A stretch of DNA of 64,000 nucleotides from Candidatus Kuenenia stuttgartensis (GCA_945870505.1 CAMBSN010000001.1:4795-68794); one strand, 5' to 3'; shown: positions 35,360-45,375, numbered from the stretch's first letter. The notes: generated by a model from the sequence alone, not told the origin. A program made the numbers and translations.

Positions 35360-37165
35360 TCACTGCCGGTCGGCCCCGGTGTCGAGCACCGCCATGAACG
35401 CCTTCTGCGGAATATCGACGCTGCCGATGCTCTTCATCCGCTTCTTGCCTTCCTTCTGCTTCGCCCAGAGCTTCTTCTTCCGGGAGATGTCGCCGCCGTA
35501 GCACTTCGCCGTCACGTTCTTCCGCATCGCGGAGATCGTCTCGCGGGCGATCACCTTCGTGCCGATCGCGGCCTGCAGGGCGATCTCGAACATATGGCGG
35601 TCGATCTCCCCGCGGAGCTTCTTGACGATCGCCCGGCCGCGGCGGTCGGCGTCGCGGCGGTCGCAGATAATCGAGAGCGCGTCGACTTGCTTGCCGCCGA
35701 CTAAGATGTCGAGTCGCACGAGGTCGGCGGAGAAGTAGCCCACCAACTCGTAGTCCATCGTGCCATAGCCCCGCGTCACGCTCTTCAGCTTGTCGTGGAG
35801 GTCGTAGATCACCTCGCCGAGCGGCAGATCGAAGGTGACCATCGCCCGCGTCGGCGAGAGGTATTCGGTCTTGAGATAAACGCCGCGGCGGTCGGTGCAG
35901 AGCTGCATCACCGGGCCGATCTGCTCGACCGGCACGAGGAAGTTGGTCCGCACGATCGGCTGGAGAAACTCGTCGATCTGCCCGGTGTCGGGCACATCCT
36001 GCGGGTTGGTGATGTCGATCGTCTCGCCGGTCGTCTTCTTGATCCTGTAGGTGACGTTGGGCGCAGTCTGGACAAGGTCGATGTCGTGCTCCTTCTCCAG
36101 CCGCTGCTGGATGATCTCCATATGGAGGAGCCCAAGGAAGCCACAGCGGAAGCCGAAGCCGAGGGCCTCGCTGCTCTCCGGGGCGTATTCGAACGAGGGA
36201 TCGTTGATCGCCAGCTTTTCCAGCGCGTCGCGGAGTTCTTCGAAGTTCTCCCCTTCGCTCGGATAGAGGCCGCAGTAAACCATCCGCTGCGGTGGCTTGT
36301 AGCCCGGCATGGGTGCAGCGGCATGGTCGCCCGGGATCGTCACCGTGTCGCCGATGTGCACCTGCTTGACGTCCTTGATGTTGCACACCAGGTAGCCCAC
36401 TTGGCCCGCCGAGAGCGTCTCGCAGGCCCGCCGCTGCGGGACGAACTGGCCGAGTTCGAGCACCTCGTGGGTTGTGCCCGTCTCCAAGAAGCGGATTTTC
36501 TGCCCCTTGGTGACCGTGCCGTCGATGAGCCGCACGTAGGTGATCGCGCCGCGGTAGCTGTCGTAGTGGCTGTCAAAGATCAGCGCCCGCAGGGTCGCGT
36601 CGGGATCGCCCTTGGGGGGCGGAATCCGCTCGATGATCGCGGCCAAGAGGTCATCGATTCCGATGCCGGTCTTGGCGCTGGCCTTGATCACCTCAGAGGG
36701 CTCGATGGCGAGGCTCTGCTCCATCTCACGGAGCACCTCGTCCACCCGGGCGTGCACGAGATCGACCTTGTTGATCACCGGCACGATCGTCAGATCCAGG
36801 TTGATCGCCGCGTAGGCATTGGCCACCGTCTGGGCCTCGACCCCCTGGAAGGCATCGACGAGCAGCAGCGCGCCTTCGCAGCACGCCAGGCTCCGGGAAA
36901 CCTCGTAGTGGAAGTCGACGTGGCCCGGCGTGTCGATCAGGTTGAGTTCGTACAGCTCCCCCTTGTGCCGGTATTCCATCCGCACCGCTCGGGCCTTGAT
37001 CGTGATCCCACGCTGCCGCTCGAGCTCCATATCGTCGAGCATCTGCTCCTTGAGCTGACGCTTTTCCACCGTGCCGGTCGACTCCAGCAGCCGGTCGGCC
37101 AGCGTGCTCTTGCCGTGGTCGATGTGGGCGATGATCGAAAAATTGCGGATGTGCTTGCAGTCCAT
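35360..37165 (-). CDS. lepA: Translation elongation factor 4 (LepA)
   Basis: IRNFSIIAHIDHGKSTLADRLL, DTPGHVDF, NKVD, and the LepA-specific C-terminus (KCYGGDISRKKKLWAKQKEGKKRMK). Start ATG 37165. Confidence 0.93.
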   Translation of the reverse strand: MDCKHIRNFSIIAHIDHGKSTLADRLLESTGTVEKRQLKEQMLDDMELERQRGITIKARAVRMEYRHKGELYELNLIDTPGHVDFHYEVSRSLACCEGALLLVDAFQGVEAQTVANAYAAINLDLTIVPVINKVDLVHARVDEVLREMEQSLAIEPSEVIKASAKTGIGIDDLLAAIIERIPPPKGDPDATLRALIFDSHYDSYRGAITYVRLIDGTVTKGQKIRFLETGTTHEVLELGQFVPQRRACETLSAGQVGYLVCNIKDVKQVHIGDTVTIPGDHAAAPMPGYKPPQRMVYCGLYPSEGENFEELRDALEKLAINDPSFEYAPESSEALGFGFRCGFLGLLHMEIIQQRLEKEHDIDLVQTAPNVTYRIKKTTGETIDITNPQDVPDTGQIDEFLQPIVRTNFLVPVEQIGPVMQLCTDRRGVYLKTEYLSPTRAMVTFDLPLGEVIYDLHDKLKSVTRGYGTMDYELVGYFSADLVRLDILVGGKQVDALSIICDRRDADRRGRAIVKKLRGEIDRHMFEIALQAAIGTKVIARETISAMRKNVTAKCYGGDISRKKKLWAKQKEGKKRMKSIGSVDIPQKAFMAVLDTGADRQ

Positions 37166-37307
37166 GACGAGATTGTACCGTGAATGGAGGTTTTTTCTCG
37201 GAGTCGCCGGGGGACACGCAGCCCGTCGGAGGACATGCTCATCGCCGGCGGGATTTGCGATTTCATCGCCCAACCGGTACCGAGCAGGTTCCGTGAGGCG
37301 CAAATCG

Positions 37308-37450
37308 CACCGGCTCTTGCGCGTGCCTCCGACGGGCTGCTCCTCCTGCCTATCGTTCGAGGCGCAGGCTGCGGGATCGGGGCGAGGATGGCGAGCGTCG
37401 GCTATCCTGCCGTTGGCGAGCCAACTCGTCCCGTCCCGCAGCCGGATGAG
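37308..37450. repeat. Intergenic repeat, copy D (inverted fragment of the A/B right module plus second-family module 37373-37447)
   Basis: CACCGGCTCTTGCGCGTGCCTCCGACGGGCTGCTCC matches the reverse complement of the A/B right module. GGGATCGGGGCGAGGATGGCGAGCGTCGGCTATCCTGCCGTTGGCGAGCCAACTCGTCCCGTCCCGCAGCCGGAT matches 45240-45314. Confidence 0.8.
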
Positions 37451-37485
37451 GCGAGTTGTTGTTGCGTCTGCAAGACACGCTGCGA

Positions 37486-38526
37486 TCAGCCGTGCTTCCG
37501 CCGGTGGTCGAGGCGGGCGAGGCCGGCGGCGCCGATCGAGCCCGCGTCGCCACCGAGGCTGGCGTAACGGATGCTCGTCCGCTCCGCGAGCACCGGGAAC
37601 GTGCGGCGATGGACTTCGTCCTTCACCCGCTCGAGAAACATCCGGCCCACGGGGTTTGCCTCGCGGCCGAAGGTCATCGCGCCGCCGATCAGCACCGTTT
37701 CGGGATCGATCGCATGCATGAGCGTGACGATGCCGATACCCAGCCAGCGGGCGACCTCCATCAGCACATCGGTGGCGAGGGCGTCGCCCCGCTCCGCCTC
37801 GCGGGCCACCAGGATCGGCGTGAGTTCCTCGCCGCCGGCCACCGCAGCTGCAAGCGAGCCCGTGGCCCCGGCGGCGATCCGCTCCCGGGCCATCGCCTTC
37901 AGCGACGTGGCACTCGTGTACGCCTCAAGGTGGCCGGGCTGGCCGCACGGGCACATTCGCGCAGTCGGCGCCGGATCAACGAGGATGTGGCCGCACTCCG
38001 AACCGTGGCTATGCGCCCCCTCCACGTTGACGTCACCGATGATGATTCCGCCGCCGACGCCCGTGCCGAGCGTCAGCAGCACGAGCGACGAGGCCTCCTT
38101 CGCCGAGCCCACCCAAAACTCTCCGTAGCCGGCGGCGTTGGCGTCGTTGGCGAACGTCACCTCGCGTCCCGAGTGCGCCGCCACGCGATCGCGGAGCGGA
38201 AAATCGTCCCAGCCCGGCAGGTTGCCCGCCCGCACGATCGTGCCGTTGGGAATGTCGAGCGGCCCGGGCGAGCCGAGGCCCACACGCGCGATATCGGCCG
38301 TGGCGATCCCCGCGAGCGAGGCGAGCGTGTGCACGGAGCGGCCCATGCGGGCCGCGGCGTCCTCCGGCCCGCGCGACACATGCGTGGGCTCGGTGTGAAA
38401 CGCCAGCAGGCTACCCGCGTCGTCGACGAGCGCAGCCTTGATGTTCGTGCCACCGAGATCGACGCCGGCGTAGAGCGGCCGCGTCGCCGCGGCCAGCGGT
38501 AGAAGCACCCGATCGTCAGCCATCAT
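37486..38526 (-). CDS. ROK-family sugar kinase (glucokinase-like)
   Basis: LYAGVDLGGTNIKAALV, GGGIIIGD, ROK zinc motif ECGHILVDPAPTARMCPCGQPGHLEAY. ATGA overlap with the upstream peroxidase gene. Confidence 0.8.
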   Translation of the reverse strand: MMADDRVLLPLAAATRPLYAGVDLGGTNIKAALVDDAGSLLAFHTEPTHVSRGPEDAAARMGRSVHTLASLAGIATADIARVGLGSPGPLDIPNGTIVRAGNLPGWDDFPLRDRVAAHSGREVTFANDANAAGYGEFWVGSAKEASSLVLLTLGTGVGGGIIIGDVNVEGAHSHGSECGHILVDPAPTARMCPCGQPGHLEAYTSATSLKAMARERIAAGATGSLAAAVAGGEELTPILVAREAERGDALATDVLMEVARWLGIGIVTLMHAIDPETVLIGGAMTFGREANPVGRMFLERVKDEVHRRTFPVLAERTSIRYASLGGDAGSIGAAGLARLDHRRKHG

Positions 38527-40007
38527 TCAGGCAGCCGTGCCGTCTCCACCGGCGGCGTCGGACTCGTGCACGCCTTCATGAAGTCGACGAGCGCCGCCTT
38601 CTCCTGGGCCGTAAGGTTCAGCGGTTTGATCTTGTCGCTCAAGTGCGAGTTCGGATGGCCACCTTTGTCGTACCACTCGACCACCTCCTCGAGCGTGGCC
38701 ACCGAGCCGTCGTGCATGTAGGGAGCCGTCAAGGCGGCGTTACGGACCGTCGGCGTCTTGAAGGCGCCGGTGTCGGCCTCTTCCTTCGTGACCACGAACC
38801 GGCCGAGATCGGGCTCCGCCTTGTCCATGCCGATGCCAAGGTTGTGATATTTCTCGTCGGCGAGGTTGGCACCGACGTGGCAGGCGGTGCAGTTGGCCTT
38901 GCCGAAGAAGAGGTCGCGGCCCAGCGTGGCCGACTCGTCCAGCGGATGGGCCTCGGCCGCCGCCTTGGCCGCCTTGTACTTCGCCGCGAGTTCCTCGTCG
39001 TCGGCGATGTCCTCTTCGTCCATCTTCGTGAACGGCAGAAGCTGCTCGTGGTAGTCGTAGGCTGACGGCGCCGTGACGATCGCCCGCTCGAAGGCGGCGA
39101 TCGCCTGCCCCACACGGTCGATCGTGAGCTCACCGAAGATCGCATCGAACTGCTTCTTATAGACCGGGTTCTCGGAGAGCCGCGCGACGACGCCCTCGTG
39201 CGTGAATCCCATCTCGGTCGGATTTTGGATCGGGCCCACCGCCTGGGCCTCGAGCGAGTCCACGCGGCCATCCCAGAACTGCTTACCCGTCAGGATCCGG
39301 TTAAACGACACCGGTGAGTTCCGGCCACCCAGCTGTCCGCGGATGCCGACGCCGGTCTTCGTGTTCGCCGAGTAGCCCATCGACGGGTCGTGGCAGCTGG
39401 CGCAGGAGACCGTTGAGTCGGCTGAGAGCCGGGTGTCGAAATAAAGCTGACGGCCGAGTTCGATCTTGGCGCGGGTGAGCGGATTGGCGTCGAGGCCGGT
39501 GATCTGGCTGGCGCCCTGCGAAAGGCCGAGCGGCAGCACCGGCGCGAGGACCCGCGAGTTCTTCGGGTTTGCGAGCCACTCGTCGACCTCGGCGAGTGTG
39601 ATCGGGCCCGTGCCGGGCATTCCGGCGGTGAGCGATGGCTCACCGAGCTCAACCTTCTCGGCGGGCTCTTGCGAACTCGCACTCGCCGCGGAGGTCGTCG
39701 TGGGTGCCGCGACAGACGGTGTGGCACCCGGCTTCGCTGCCGCGGCGATCGCCGTGTCGGCGTCCGCTGCGCGGGCATCGACATCCTGCCGCGAGGCGTC
39801 GATCGCCTGTGCCGTGTCCGCGGCCGGAGACGTGGCCGCCGTTCCACCAGCAGCCGGCGCCATCTCGATCGTCTCGATCTCGACCACGTCCTCGCGGGCG
39901 ATCGGACCACCGGCCGGCGCACAGCCGCCGACGAGCACGAGACCACCGAGGGCGAGCGTCATGGACAGCACATGAATCCGCTCACATCCGCCAACTGCCA
40001 TGGCCAT
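38523..40007 (-). CDS. Di-haem cytochrome c peroxidase (CCP/MauG family), probable lipoprotein
   Basis: Two CxxCH sites (CASCHDP, CTACHVG). FKTPTVRNAALTAPYMHDGS. N-terminal LVLVGGCAP lipobox-like sequence with alternative start ATG 39962. Ala/Thr-rich linker. Confidence 0.85.
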   Translation of the reverse strand: MAMAVGGCERIHVLSMTLALGGLVLVGGCAPAGGPIAREDVVEIETIEMAPAAGGTAATSPAADTAQAIDASRQDVDARAADADTAIAAAAKPGATPSVAAPTTTSAASASSQEPAEKVELGEPSLTAGMPGTGPITLAEVDEWLANPKNSRVLAPVLPLGLSQGASQITGLDANPLTRAKIELGRQLYFDTRLSADSTVSCASCHDPSMGYSANTKTGVGIRGQLGGRNSPVSFNRILTGKQFWDGRVDSLEAQAVGPIQNPTEMGFTHEGVVARLSENPVYKKQFDAIFGELTIDRVGQAIAAFERAIVTAPSAYDYHEQLLPFTKMDEEDIADDEELAAKYKAAKAAAEAHPLDESATLGRDLFFGKANCTACHVGANLADEKYHNLGIGMDKAEPDLGRFVVTKEEADTGAFKTPTVRNAALTAPYMHDGSVATLEEVVEWYDKGGHPNSHLSDKIKPLNLTAQEKAALVDFMKACTSPTPPVETARLPE

Positions 40008-40134
40008 GTCACAGTCTCCAGATCACATCGGTAAACACGTCACAAACCCGTCGGTTGATCCCAATCACGGAATCAACCGGGAAATAGTGTAAGCAGGCCT
40101 CGGACTGTGGCCATACCCCGCCGTACGCCACCCG

Positions 40135-40632
40135 TCAGCCGCGTCGGAGGAGATCCGGCACTGCCAGCCACTCGAGTTCGCCGGGATGACCGAGGCCGTC
40201 GGCGAACGAGATCGATGCGACCGCCCCTTTCTCCATCCGAACTGCGGCCGAGCCGTCGCCGATCGACGCCGCCACCAGCCGGCCGACGCACGGGGAATGG
40301 CCGACCCAGGCAACGGTGCCTGCATCCTGGGCCACAGTCCACTCGACGATTCGATGCCAGTCCGATCCCGGCGCGAGTGCCTCGACGACCACCACCGGCG
40401 GCCGCCCGGGTAGGCCGGCGGAGAGGATCTCGGCCGTCTCGCGAGTCCGCACCAGGGGGCTCGTGGCAATCGCGTCTACCTCCATGCCGTCGCGAGCGAG
40501 CCGCTTCACGAGCCGCGCGAATCGCCGGCTGCCCTTGCGGGTGAGCCGCCGCGAGAAGTCGTCGCCCTCGGGCGAGACATCCTCGGCGATGGCGTGACGG
40601 ATGATGTAGAGACGGGTCGTGAGTGCGGCCAT
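40135..40632 (-). CDS. sixA: Histidine phosphatase family protein, SixA-like phosphohistidine phosphatase
   Basis: RLYIIRHAIAE (RH catalytic motif), SPLVRTRETAEIL, WVGHSP. Size about 165 aa. Confidence 0.65.
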   Translation of the reverse strand: MAALTTRLYIIRHAIAEDVSPEGDDFSRRLTRKGSRRFARLVKRLARDGMEVDAIATSPLVRTRETAEILSAGLPGRPPVVVVEALAPGSDWHRIVEWTVAQDAGTVAWVGHSPCVGRLVAASIGDGSAAVRMEKGAVASISFADGLGHPGELEWLAVPDLLRRG

Positions 40633-40680
40633 GATGTTTGCGATTGTGGCGACCGCCGGCGGGGCGAACAAGCGGGTGGC

Positions 40681-41604
40681 TCAGACTCTCCGCCAGAGGT
40701 CGCCCCACTCGAGGCCCGAGGCCCGCACGGCTGGCTCAGCATCGCGCCGCCAGCGCACCGCGTCGACCGGGTATCCGGCCGTTGGCTCGAGGCCGGCCAT
40801 GCGGTTGCCCCACCAGTCGTTGAAGGCTGCCATCGAAAGCTCGCGGACATACTTCGCCGTCATGCTCGCCAGGGCCACCGGCAGCCGCGACTCCCCGCGC
40901 ACCGAAAACTCGATTCGGCAGCGGGCCTCCGGGAGACGGTAGGCCGACCATTCCGGCGTCTCCGAGATCACCTGCACGAGTGGTGCGGCGAACGCCCGCG
41001 ACACGAGCGGCGCGTAGCGACGCCGGCCGCCGTGCCGATCGCACCACACCACCGACTCGCCGGCCGCAGCGTTCACAAACAGCGCAGCGAGGTCGAGCGT
41101 GGCCCGCGAGAGGATGTCGCTCTTGTTGAGACCGGTGTCGAGTAGGGCGTTGAACTCGCGGGGCTGCACGAGCCGGCAGCAGACCGCGACGAGCCGCAGG
41201 CCGCCGGAGGCGAGCGCGGCGGAGGCCTTTTCGGCCACAGCGGCCACGTCATCGCGGCTGAGCTCACGTGGCAACCGCAGCCGCTTCGCGGCCTCCGCCC
41301 ACTCGGCCGGCGAGCCGCCCCCAGCGGCCACCGCCTCAAGCAGGCCGGCCCAGCCACCTGGCACGCCGCCGCCAGCGGCGGCAACGCCCGCCAGCGCGCC
41401 ACGCTCGAGCCCGGCGAATCCGCCGCCGCCTCGGAAGATCCGCTTGGAGTCGCCCCACAGGCCGTCGATCCCGGTCATGGCCGCCGCGAAGGCCGCCTCC
41501 ACGCCGGCCGAATCCGCAGCCGACTCCCAGCACGTCGCCGCGACGACGAGCGGCCCGAGGTTCGGGCCGTAGCCGGCCTCGTCGGTGCCGACGACGAGCG
41601 TCAT
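40681..41604 (-). CDS. Divergent RNase HII-family-like protein
   Basis: MTLVVGTDEAGYGPNLGPLVVAA (compare GxDEAGRGPxxGPxV), WGDSKRI (DSK motif), ALASMTAKYVRE (compare ASIxAKVxRD). Only the C-terminal 308 aa of the 566-aa track ORF look like protein. Confidence 0.5.
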   Translation of the reverse strand: MTLVVGTDEAGYGPNLGPLVVAATCWESAADSAGVEAAFAAAMTGIDGLWGDSKRIFRGGGGFAGLERGALAGVAAAGGGVPGGWAGLLEAVAAGGGSPAEWAEAAKRLRLPRELSRDDVAAVAEKASAALASGGLRLVAVCCRLVQPREFNALLDTGLNKSDILSRATLDLAALFVNAAAGESVVWCDRHGGRRRYAPLVSRAFAAPLVQVISETPEWSAYRLPEARCRIEFSVRGESRLPVALASMTAKYVRELSMAAFNDWWGNRMAGLEPTAGYPVDAVRWRRDAEPAVRASGLEWGDLWRRV

Positions 41605-42113
41605 GGGCTTCCCCCGCCCGCAGGCCACTGCCGACAGTATTCGTAGACCGCGATCGACGCAGACGTGGCAGCGTTGAGGCTGTGCGGCATACCCGCCATC
41701 GGGATCTCGGCGACCCGATCGAGGCGGTCGAGTTCGTCCTGCTCGAGCCCCGACCGCTCGTTGCCGATCACGAGCACCGTCTTGGCGGCGAACGAAAACG
41801 CAAACAGACTCTCCGACCGCGTGGTCTGCTCGAGACCAACGATCTCGTAGCCCTCGGCCTTGAGCCGGTCGAGCACCGGCGGCAGGCTGCGGTGCACCGC
41901 CACCTCGACCGACTCGGCGCCGTCGCGGGCGATCCGCCCGTGGATGCCGGCGGCCCCGCAGGCGATCACTCGCGAAATGCCGAAGCAGCCGCAGGTCCGT
42001 ACGATGTGGGAGAGGTTCACGTGGCTCCGCATCACGGCACAGGCCACGACCAGCTGCCGCGGCGCGGCGAGGACCCCCGGAGGCTTGTGACGGATGTGCT
42101 CGAATCGCGACAT
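41601..42113 (-). CDS. SpoU/TrmH-family RNA 2'-O-methyltransferase
   Basis: NLSHIVRTCGCFG, VLVIGNERSGLEQDEL, IPMAGMPHSLNAATSASIAVYE. ATGA overlap with the downstream RNase HII-like gene. Confidence 0.75.
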   Translation of the reverse strand: MSRFEHIRHKPPGVLAAPRQLVVACAVMRSHVNLSHIVRTCGCFGISRVIACGAAGIHGRIARDGAESVEVAVHRSLPPVLDRLKAEGYEIVGLEQTTRSESLFAFSFAAKTVLVIGNERSGLEQDELDRLDRVAEIPMAGMPHSLNAATSASIAVYEYCRQWPAGGGSP

Positions 42114-42702
42114 GGCGGAAGGCTCCCGGCCGGCGGGCGACGCGAAGGGATTGTGCGGCAGGCGCGCCGCCCTGGGAATGCTCGGCGGCGTGGCGGCTGC
42201 TGGGCTCGCCTGGGCCCGCGCCGCCGCTGACCCCATCGAGCTGAAGCCGGTCGATCATGAGGGCCTCTTGAGAGAGGTCGCGCGGCACCGTGGCAAGGTT
42301 GTCGTGCTCGACTGCTGGAGCACCTCGTGCCCGCCCTGCATCAAGGAGTTTCCCGGGCTCGTCCGCCTGGCAGCCGCCCATCCCGAGAGCGTGGTCTACC
42401 TGTCACTGGCGCTCGACTACGAGGGAATCGGCACGTTCGAGGAGGCGGTGCCGCCAGTTCGTGAGTTCCTCGAGGGAGTTGGGGCGCACCGCATCATCAA
42501 CATGATCGCAACGGAGGAGGCCGATTCGATGTACAAGAAGCTCGACCTTGCAGGCGTGCCGGCGGTCTATGTCTGGCGGCCCGACGGCTCGCTCGCCGTG
42601 CGGTACGACGACGATCACGCCGCTCAGGCGCTCGGCCGGCCATTCACGTATGCCGACGTGGAAGCGACGGTGAATAGCCTGCTCGCTCCGTCGGGCCGTT
42701 GA
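42112..42702 (+). CDS. TlpA/redoxin-family thiol-disulfide oxidoreductase with twin-arginine-like signal
   Basis: GRRAALGMLGGVAAAGLAWA (RR signal-like). VVLDCWSTSCPPCIKEFP (CxxC). Candidate starts are ATG 42094 or 42112, and both overlap the 5' end of the divergent SpoU gene. Confidence 0.7.
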   Translation: MAEGSRPAGDAKGLCGRRAALGMLGGVAAAGLAWARAAADPIELKPVDHEGLLREVARHRGKVVVLDCWSTSCPPCIKEFPGLVRLAAAHPESVVYLSLALDYEGIGTFEEAVPPVREFLEGVGAHRIINMIATEEADSMYKKLDLAGVPAVYVWRPDGSLAVRYDDDHAAQALGRPFTYADVEATVNSLLAPSGR

Positions 42703-42759
42703 GCCAGCCGCAACGGCACGGGTAGACTCCGTTCGAGATGCATCCCCCGGAGTGACCCG

Positions 42760-44412
42760 ATGGCCGGCACCAGCCCCCGCGACCGCGTCGCCGAGCCCCG
42801 GCGTGCCGACGGCTCACGCCGTGGCGACGTCGTCAGGAATCCGCTCGCCAGCGGCCGCGAGACGATCGAGTCGATCGTTGTCGCCTTCACGCTCGCGCTC
42901 CTCTTTCGGGCCTTTGAAGCCGAGGCGTTCGTGATTCCCACCGGGTCGATGGCGGTGACCTTGATGGGCCGCCACAAGGATCTCGCCTGCTCGTCGTGTG
43001 GGGCCGTGTTTCAGGTCGGGGCCAGCCAGGAATGGGATGAACTGGCCGGCCGCGTCCGCCCCGACCGGATCGTGCCCGCCGCCCGCTGCTTCAACTGTGG
43101 CACCGACATCCCGCTGGCGATCCGTCCGGGCCAGCCCGATCCTCGATATCCCTCGTTCAACGGCGACCGCATCCTCGTTGACAAGTTCGCCTACGACTTC
43201 TCAGACCCCAAGCGGTGGGACGTGGTCGTCTTCAAGTATCCCGAGGATGCCAAGACCAACTACATCAAGCGGCTCGTCGGCCTCCCCGGCGAGACGGTCG
43301 TGATCGCCGGGGGCGACATCTGGACAGCCCGCGGCGACGAGCCGGCGGCGATCGCCCGCAAGCCGCCTGAGCGGATGCTCGCGATGCTCCAGTGCGTGAG
43401 TGACTCGGACCACGTATCGCCCGAACTCGCGAAGGCTGGCTGGCCGACGGCCTGGGTCAACTGGTCGGCAGCCGATTCGGGCGGCTGCCAGTGGGCGACC
43501 GACGACGCCGGCCGCTCGTTCTCCGCGGCGTGCAACGGCGACAACTCGGCCACGCTCCGCTACCGCCATCTCGTGCCGGCCTTCGACGACTGGCGGACGA
43601 TCCGGGCTGGCGGCCGCCCCGCAGCGCCGTCGCCCACGCCCATCAATGACTTCCAGCCCTACAACACGCAGCCCACGCGACTGCATGCCGTGGGCGACCT
43701 CGCGGTGGAATGCGCGCTCGAGACTCGCTCGACCTCCGGCCGCATCGCCTTCGACCTCGTCGAGGCCGGGGAGCAGCACCGCGTGGAGATCGACCTCGCC
43801 GACGGCCGTGCGAGCCTCGCCGTGCCCGGCGGGGCGGCGCCGGCCACCGCAGCCACGCCCGTTTACGGCCGCGGCTCGTGGCGGATCCAGTTTGCCAACG
43901 TGGACGACGAACTCTCGCTCTTCGTCGATGGCCGGCGGATCGCATTCGACGCGCCGACCGCCTGGTCGCGGCCGCTCCCCACTGAGCCGCCTGCCCTCGA
44001 GACGAAGCCCGCCACGCCGGGCTCCGCGGTCCCCAGCGATCTGGCGCCCGCGGGCATCACGGTTACCGCCGCCGACGTGCGGGTCACGGGCTTGCGCGTC
44101 CTCCGCGACCTCTTTTACATCGCCGCCGTTGACGTCGAGGGGAACGGCCGCGTGATCGAAGACGACTCGCTGGAGTTCCCGCTCACCGAGGGGCAATACC
44201 TGATGCTGGGCGACAACTCCGCTGCCAGCAAGGACAGCCGCCTCTGGCTCGACGGCCACCACGTCGACCGCCGGCTCTTGATCGGCAAGGCCCTCGTGGT
44301 CTTCTGGCCGCACGCCGTTCCCGCCTCCTGGAGCATTCCGCTGCGGTTCCGCGGCTGGGATTTGCGATTGCCCTCGTGGCCCAACTTCGGGAGGATGCGG
44401 TTCGTGCGCTAG
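42760..44412 (+). CDS. lepB: Signal peptidase I (S26), unusually large, with a Cys4 insertion
   Basis: Catalytic Ser box IPTGSMAVTL, Lys box YIKRLVGLPGE, box E MLGDNSAASKDSR. Insertion CSSCG...CFNCG. 550 aa. Confidence 0.85.
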   Translation: MAGTSPRDRVAEPRRADGSRRGDVVRNPLASGRETIESIVVAFTLALLFRAFEAEAFVIPTGSMAVTLMGRHKDLACSSCGAVFQVGASQEWDELAGRVRPDRIVPAARCFNCGTDIPLAIRPGQPDPRYPSFNGDRILVDKFAYDFSDPKRWDVVVFKYPEDAKTNYIKRLVGLPGETVVIAGGDIWTARGDEPAAIARKPPERMLAMLQCVSDSDHVSPELAKAGWPTAWVNWSAADSGGCQWATDDAGRSFSAACNGDNSATLRYRHLVPAFDDWRTIRAGGRPAAPSPTPINDFQPYNTQPTRLHAVGDLAVECALETRSTSGRIAFDLVEAGEQHRVEIDLADGRASLAVPGGAAPATAATPVYGRGSWRIQFANVDDELSLFVDGRRIAFDAPTAWSRPLPTEPPALETKPATPGSAVPSDLAPAGITVTAADVRVTGLRVLRDLFYIAAVDVEGNGRVIEDDSLEFPLTEGQYLMLGDNSAASKDSRLWLDGHHVDRRLLIGKALVVFWPHAVPASWSIPLRFRGWDLRLPSWPNFGRMRFVR

Positions 44413-44467
44413 AGTGGCCGGCGGGCCGCCCGCATCAGCTCAGCCCCGCCCCGACGGAGTGGCATGG

Positions 44468-45202
<735 letters not shown>

Positions 45203-45239
45203 GCGGAAACAGGGCCGCCGTTACGCTGCGGTAGGCGGA

Positions 45240-45314
45240 GGGATCGGGGGGAGGCCGGCGAGCGTCGGCTATCCTGCCGTTGGCGAGCCGACTCATCCCG
45301 TCCCGCCGCCGGAT
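45240..45314. repeat. Intergenic repeat, copy E (second-family module)
   Basis: GGGATCGGGGGGAGGCCGGCGAGCGTCGGCTATCCTGCCGTTGGCGAGCCGACTCATCCCGTCCCGCCGCCGGAT is about 90 percent identical by eye to 37373-37447. Contains a bulged stem GAGCGTCGGCT/AGCCGACTC. Confidence 0.8.
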
Positions 45315-45375
45315 TTCGCGAGTGCAGTCATGGGGTGTCGGGGTACGATAGGTGCTCCTCCGAGGAGACCCTCTC

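Noticed and set aside
40060-40087. Inverted repeat CGGTTGAT-N12-ATCAACCG between sixA and the peroxidase gene as terminator or operator
   Set aside because: It has a short 8-bp stem and a long loop with no T-tract. The evidence is insufficient for a feature call.
41605-42381. N-terminal 258 aa of the 566-aa ORF 40681-42381
   Set aside because: This part overlaps the well-supported SpoU gene in another frame and is Arg/Ala/Gly-rich. The protein-like sequence starts at Met 41604 (MTLVVGTDEAGYGP).
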